Shown here piece by piece: positions 7,514-8,656 of a stretch of DNA of 8,656 nt. The stretch is from assembly GCA_000004985.1 (NCBI GenBank), contig GG739058.1. One strand, given 5' to 3'. The translations under genes were made by a program, and so were the position numbers. Within the stretch, counting starts at the first letter, position 1; each line of letters opens with the position of its first letter. The notes under the pieces are model-generated. The model made no database searches. It saw only the letters and a program-made list of their open reading frames with translations, and was not told the DNA's origin. Source of the stretch: Naegleria gruberi. Lineage: Eukaryota.

Positions 7514-8275
7514 TTATTTACAAATTTTGAAAAAAGGACTTCCATTAGAAACGCATCTACTGCATAGCTTTCCATAGCAATCAGCATCAGAGTTACACAT
7601 AGTTAGACCTCCACAATTACATACAGCCATGTTACAATGGTTATTATTACAATTATCGGCTGGGCACAATAGTTTAGGATTATTGTAACAGTCACAGGAC
7701 AATACACGGCAGAGACCTGAAGGCAATAATCCTTCGAAATGATTGCTTCCTAAATGGATTCCAGTTAGTGAGGGTATTTCACCATACTCTTTTGGAATTT
7801 GACCTCCAATTGCATTGAATGCCAAATTAATAATCATGACACTTTGTAAAGAATCAGCAATTCCAGTTGGCAAGACACCTGTCAAGTTATTTCTTGCCAA
7901 ATTCAAAGACAAGACATTGTATTGATTTCCGATACATTTGACACCATACCAAGAGCAAAAGTTTGTCTCTTTACCAGTATCCATAGTATTCCAACCAGTA
8001 TTATTTCTCCAATAATGACCTCCAGTTGACAAGTAAAATTTACGTAAGAAATCTCTTTCGGATAGACCTTCACTGTCACTTTCAGCAAAGAACTCGAGTT
8101 GTTCTTTGAGTCTGTCAATTCTCCTTTGAAATTTTTCCAAATCTCTCTTGTAACCAATATTACGATCACGAAGAAGAGAAGATGATAGTTTGTTACTTCT
8201 TCCTTCTGCGCTCCGAGCAGAAACTATTACCACCATCAAAAACAGAACGAAAAGAGCAAGGACAGGGGCTTTCAT
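7514..8275 (-). CDS. Secreted leucine-rich-repeat protein: signal peptide, coiled/charged linker, LRRNT_2-like cap (CSWYGVKC), three plant-specific-type 24-residue LRRs, and a cysteine-rich C-terminal tail. 253 aa; coordinates include the stop.
   Basis: N-terminus MKAPVLALFVLFLMVVIVSARSA is a hydrophobic signal peptide. NFCSWYGVKC matches the CxWxGVxC cap of extracellular plant-type LRR domains. The repeats LSLNLARNNLTGVLPTGIADSLQS, VMIINLAFNAIGGQIPKEYGEIPS and LTGIHLGSNHFEGLLPSGLC fit LxxLxLxxNxLsGxIPxxlgxlxx. The last 60 aa contain 13 Cys. There are N-glycosylation sequons (NNT, NLT). Confidence 0.75.
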   Translation of the reverse strand: MKAPVLALFVLFLMVVIVSARSAEGRSNKLSSSLLRDRNIGYKRDLEKFQRRIDRLKEQLEFFAESDSEGLSERDFLRKFYLSTGGHYWRNNTGWNTMDTGKETNFCSWYGVKCIGNQYNVLSLNLARNNLTGVLPTGIADSLQSVMIINLAFNAIGGQIPKEYGEIPSLTGIHLGSNHFEGLLPSGLCRVLSCDCYNNPKLLCPADNCNNNHCNMAVCNCGGLTMCNSDADCYGKLCSRCVSNGSPFFKICK

Positions 8276-8491
8276 TTTTTTTGATTAATAATTCCTGAAA
8301 CAAACTCCGCCCTGGTATACCACCAATTGTTATGAATGCTATCTTTTGGGAATAGGAAATATCAACCAATGAAGAACAACTTTGTTATGATACAAGCACC
8401 AGATTGTTGACCATATTTTTTTATTTTGACCAATTAATGTTTGGCGCCCAAAATTTCCCGCCTCAAATCTACATTTTTAAATTTAAAAAAA
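8276..8491. promoter_or_regulatory. 216-bp divergent promoter region between the LRR gene (-) and the next gene (+). It has three CCAAT motifs (8323-8327, 8366-8370, 8430-8434), a CCGCCC GC-box (8307-8312) and two closely spaced E2F-like motifs, TTTGGCGCC (8440-8448) and TTTCCCGCC (8454-8462), 30-50 nt upstream of the ATG at 8492.
   Basis: Motifs read directly. They are assigned by similarity to eukaryotic consensus elements (CCAAT/NF-Y box; E2F TTTSSCGC) only. No functional evidence is available. Confidence 0.3.
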
Positions 8492-8571
8492 ATGTTTTCT
8501 CCAGCTAGTGAATATGTTGCCCCTGCAGTGCAAAATTGGCAACCACTGTTGGTGGAAGAAGATGATGAAAT
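8492..8571 (+). CDS. Putative first exon of an unidentified gene (MFSPASEYVAPAVQNWQPLLVEEDDE + 2 nt), followed by an intron. The intron starts at GTAAGT 8572, has a CTAAC branch at 8611-8615, and has an acceptor at either AG 8616-8617 or, more likely, 8629-8630. The reading frame stays open to the window end under either acceptor.
   Basis: An ATG-initiated 26-codon open frame ends exactly at a consensus GTAAGT donor whose TAA would otherwise terminate it. Branch and acceptor spacing match the kinase intron in this window. There is no recognisable domain, so the product is unknown. Confidence 0.35.
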
Positions 8572-8656
8572 GTAAGTAGTAAGGGTTTTTGATAGTATTC
8601 TTATAAATGACTAACAGTCTTGTTGAACCAGTTAGAAAACCAAACCTTTGTTCTGT

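Noticed and set aside
7369-7587. The 72-aa minus-strand ORF (MLIAMESYAVDAFL...) overlapping the 3' end of the LRR gene. I considered it as a possible additional C-terminal exon.
   Set aside because: Its 5' part is the LRR gene's Cys-rich tail read in another frame. I could find no in-phase donor/acceptor pair that joins it to the LRR frame. The LRR ORF ends cleanly with a TAA, so this is most likely 3' UTR.
7903-8169. The 88-aa minus-strand ORF nested inside the LRR gene in another frame.
   Set aside because: It is completely embedded in a longer ORF with clear domain structure (signal peptide, LRRs). It has no motif support.
1-8656. Interpretation as a prokaryotic accessory or defence locus (operon, CRISPR, toxin-antitoxin, etc.).
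   Set aside because: Two genes need GT-AG splicing with consensus donors and branch sites to yield full-length, correctly sized proteins. The genes are monocistronic with AT-rich spacers. One product is a signal-peptide LRR protein with N-glycosylation sequons. There are no direct-repeat/spacer arrays and no Shine-Dalgarno-coupled gene overlaps.

Overview
This window reads as eukaryotic nuclear DNA, not a prokaryotic locus. It has AT-rich intergenic spacers and GT..AG introns of only 47-59 nt. The intron branch points are CTAAC/TTAAC-like and sit 10-15 nt upstream of the acceptor, which is a fungal or protist-like style. Genes are tightly packed, with 190-220 bp between neighbours. A 3,710-nt run of N (2724..6433) is a scaffold gap. 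The 1,386-aa 'ORF' in the six-frame track is an artefact of translating that gap. The supportable content is listed below.

- **1..252 (-):** the N-terminal 84 codons of an ERG10/ACAT-type acetoacetyl-CoA thiolase. The gene runs off the window start.
- **453..1313 (-):** a compact, 286-aa BirA-type biotin-protein ligase. It carries the GRGRRGReW and KWPNDV signatures.
- **2327..2723 (-):** the C-terminal ~130 aa of a class III nucleotidyl cyclase catalytic domain. The 5' part is lost in the gap.
- **6472..6830 and 6878..7325 (+):** a two-exon, 268-aa serine/threonine kinase. It begins immediately after the gap.
- **7514..8275 (-):** a secreted 253-aa protein with a signal peptide, a plant-type LRR N-cap, three plant-specific LRRs and a cysteine-rich tail.
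- **8492 onward (+):** the first exon and intron of an unidentified gene. It is driven from a short divergent promoter carrying CCAAT boxes and two E2F-like sites.

I see no CRISPR array, no rRNA or tRNA gene, and no obvious intact mobile element. The strongest unexplained material is a 600-bp ORF-free, GC-balanced island at 1620-2230 containing a duplicated perfect 10-bp palindrome. Several gene-model details are also open (see findings): a possible mitochondrial-targeting upstream exon for the biotin ligase, a non-canonical cyclase active site, and a plant-like LRR protein in a genome that does not look like a plant. Taxon cannot be assigned from sequence alone.
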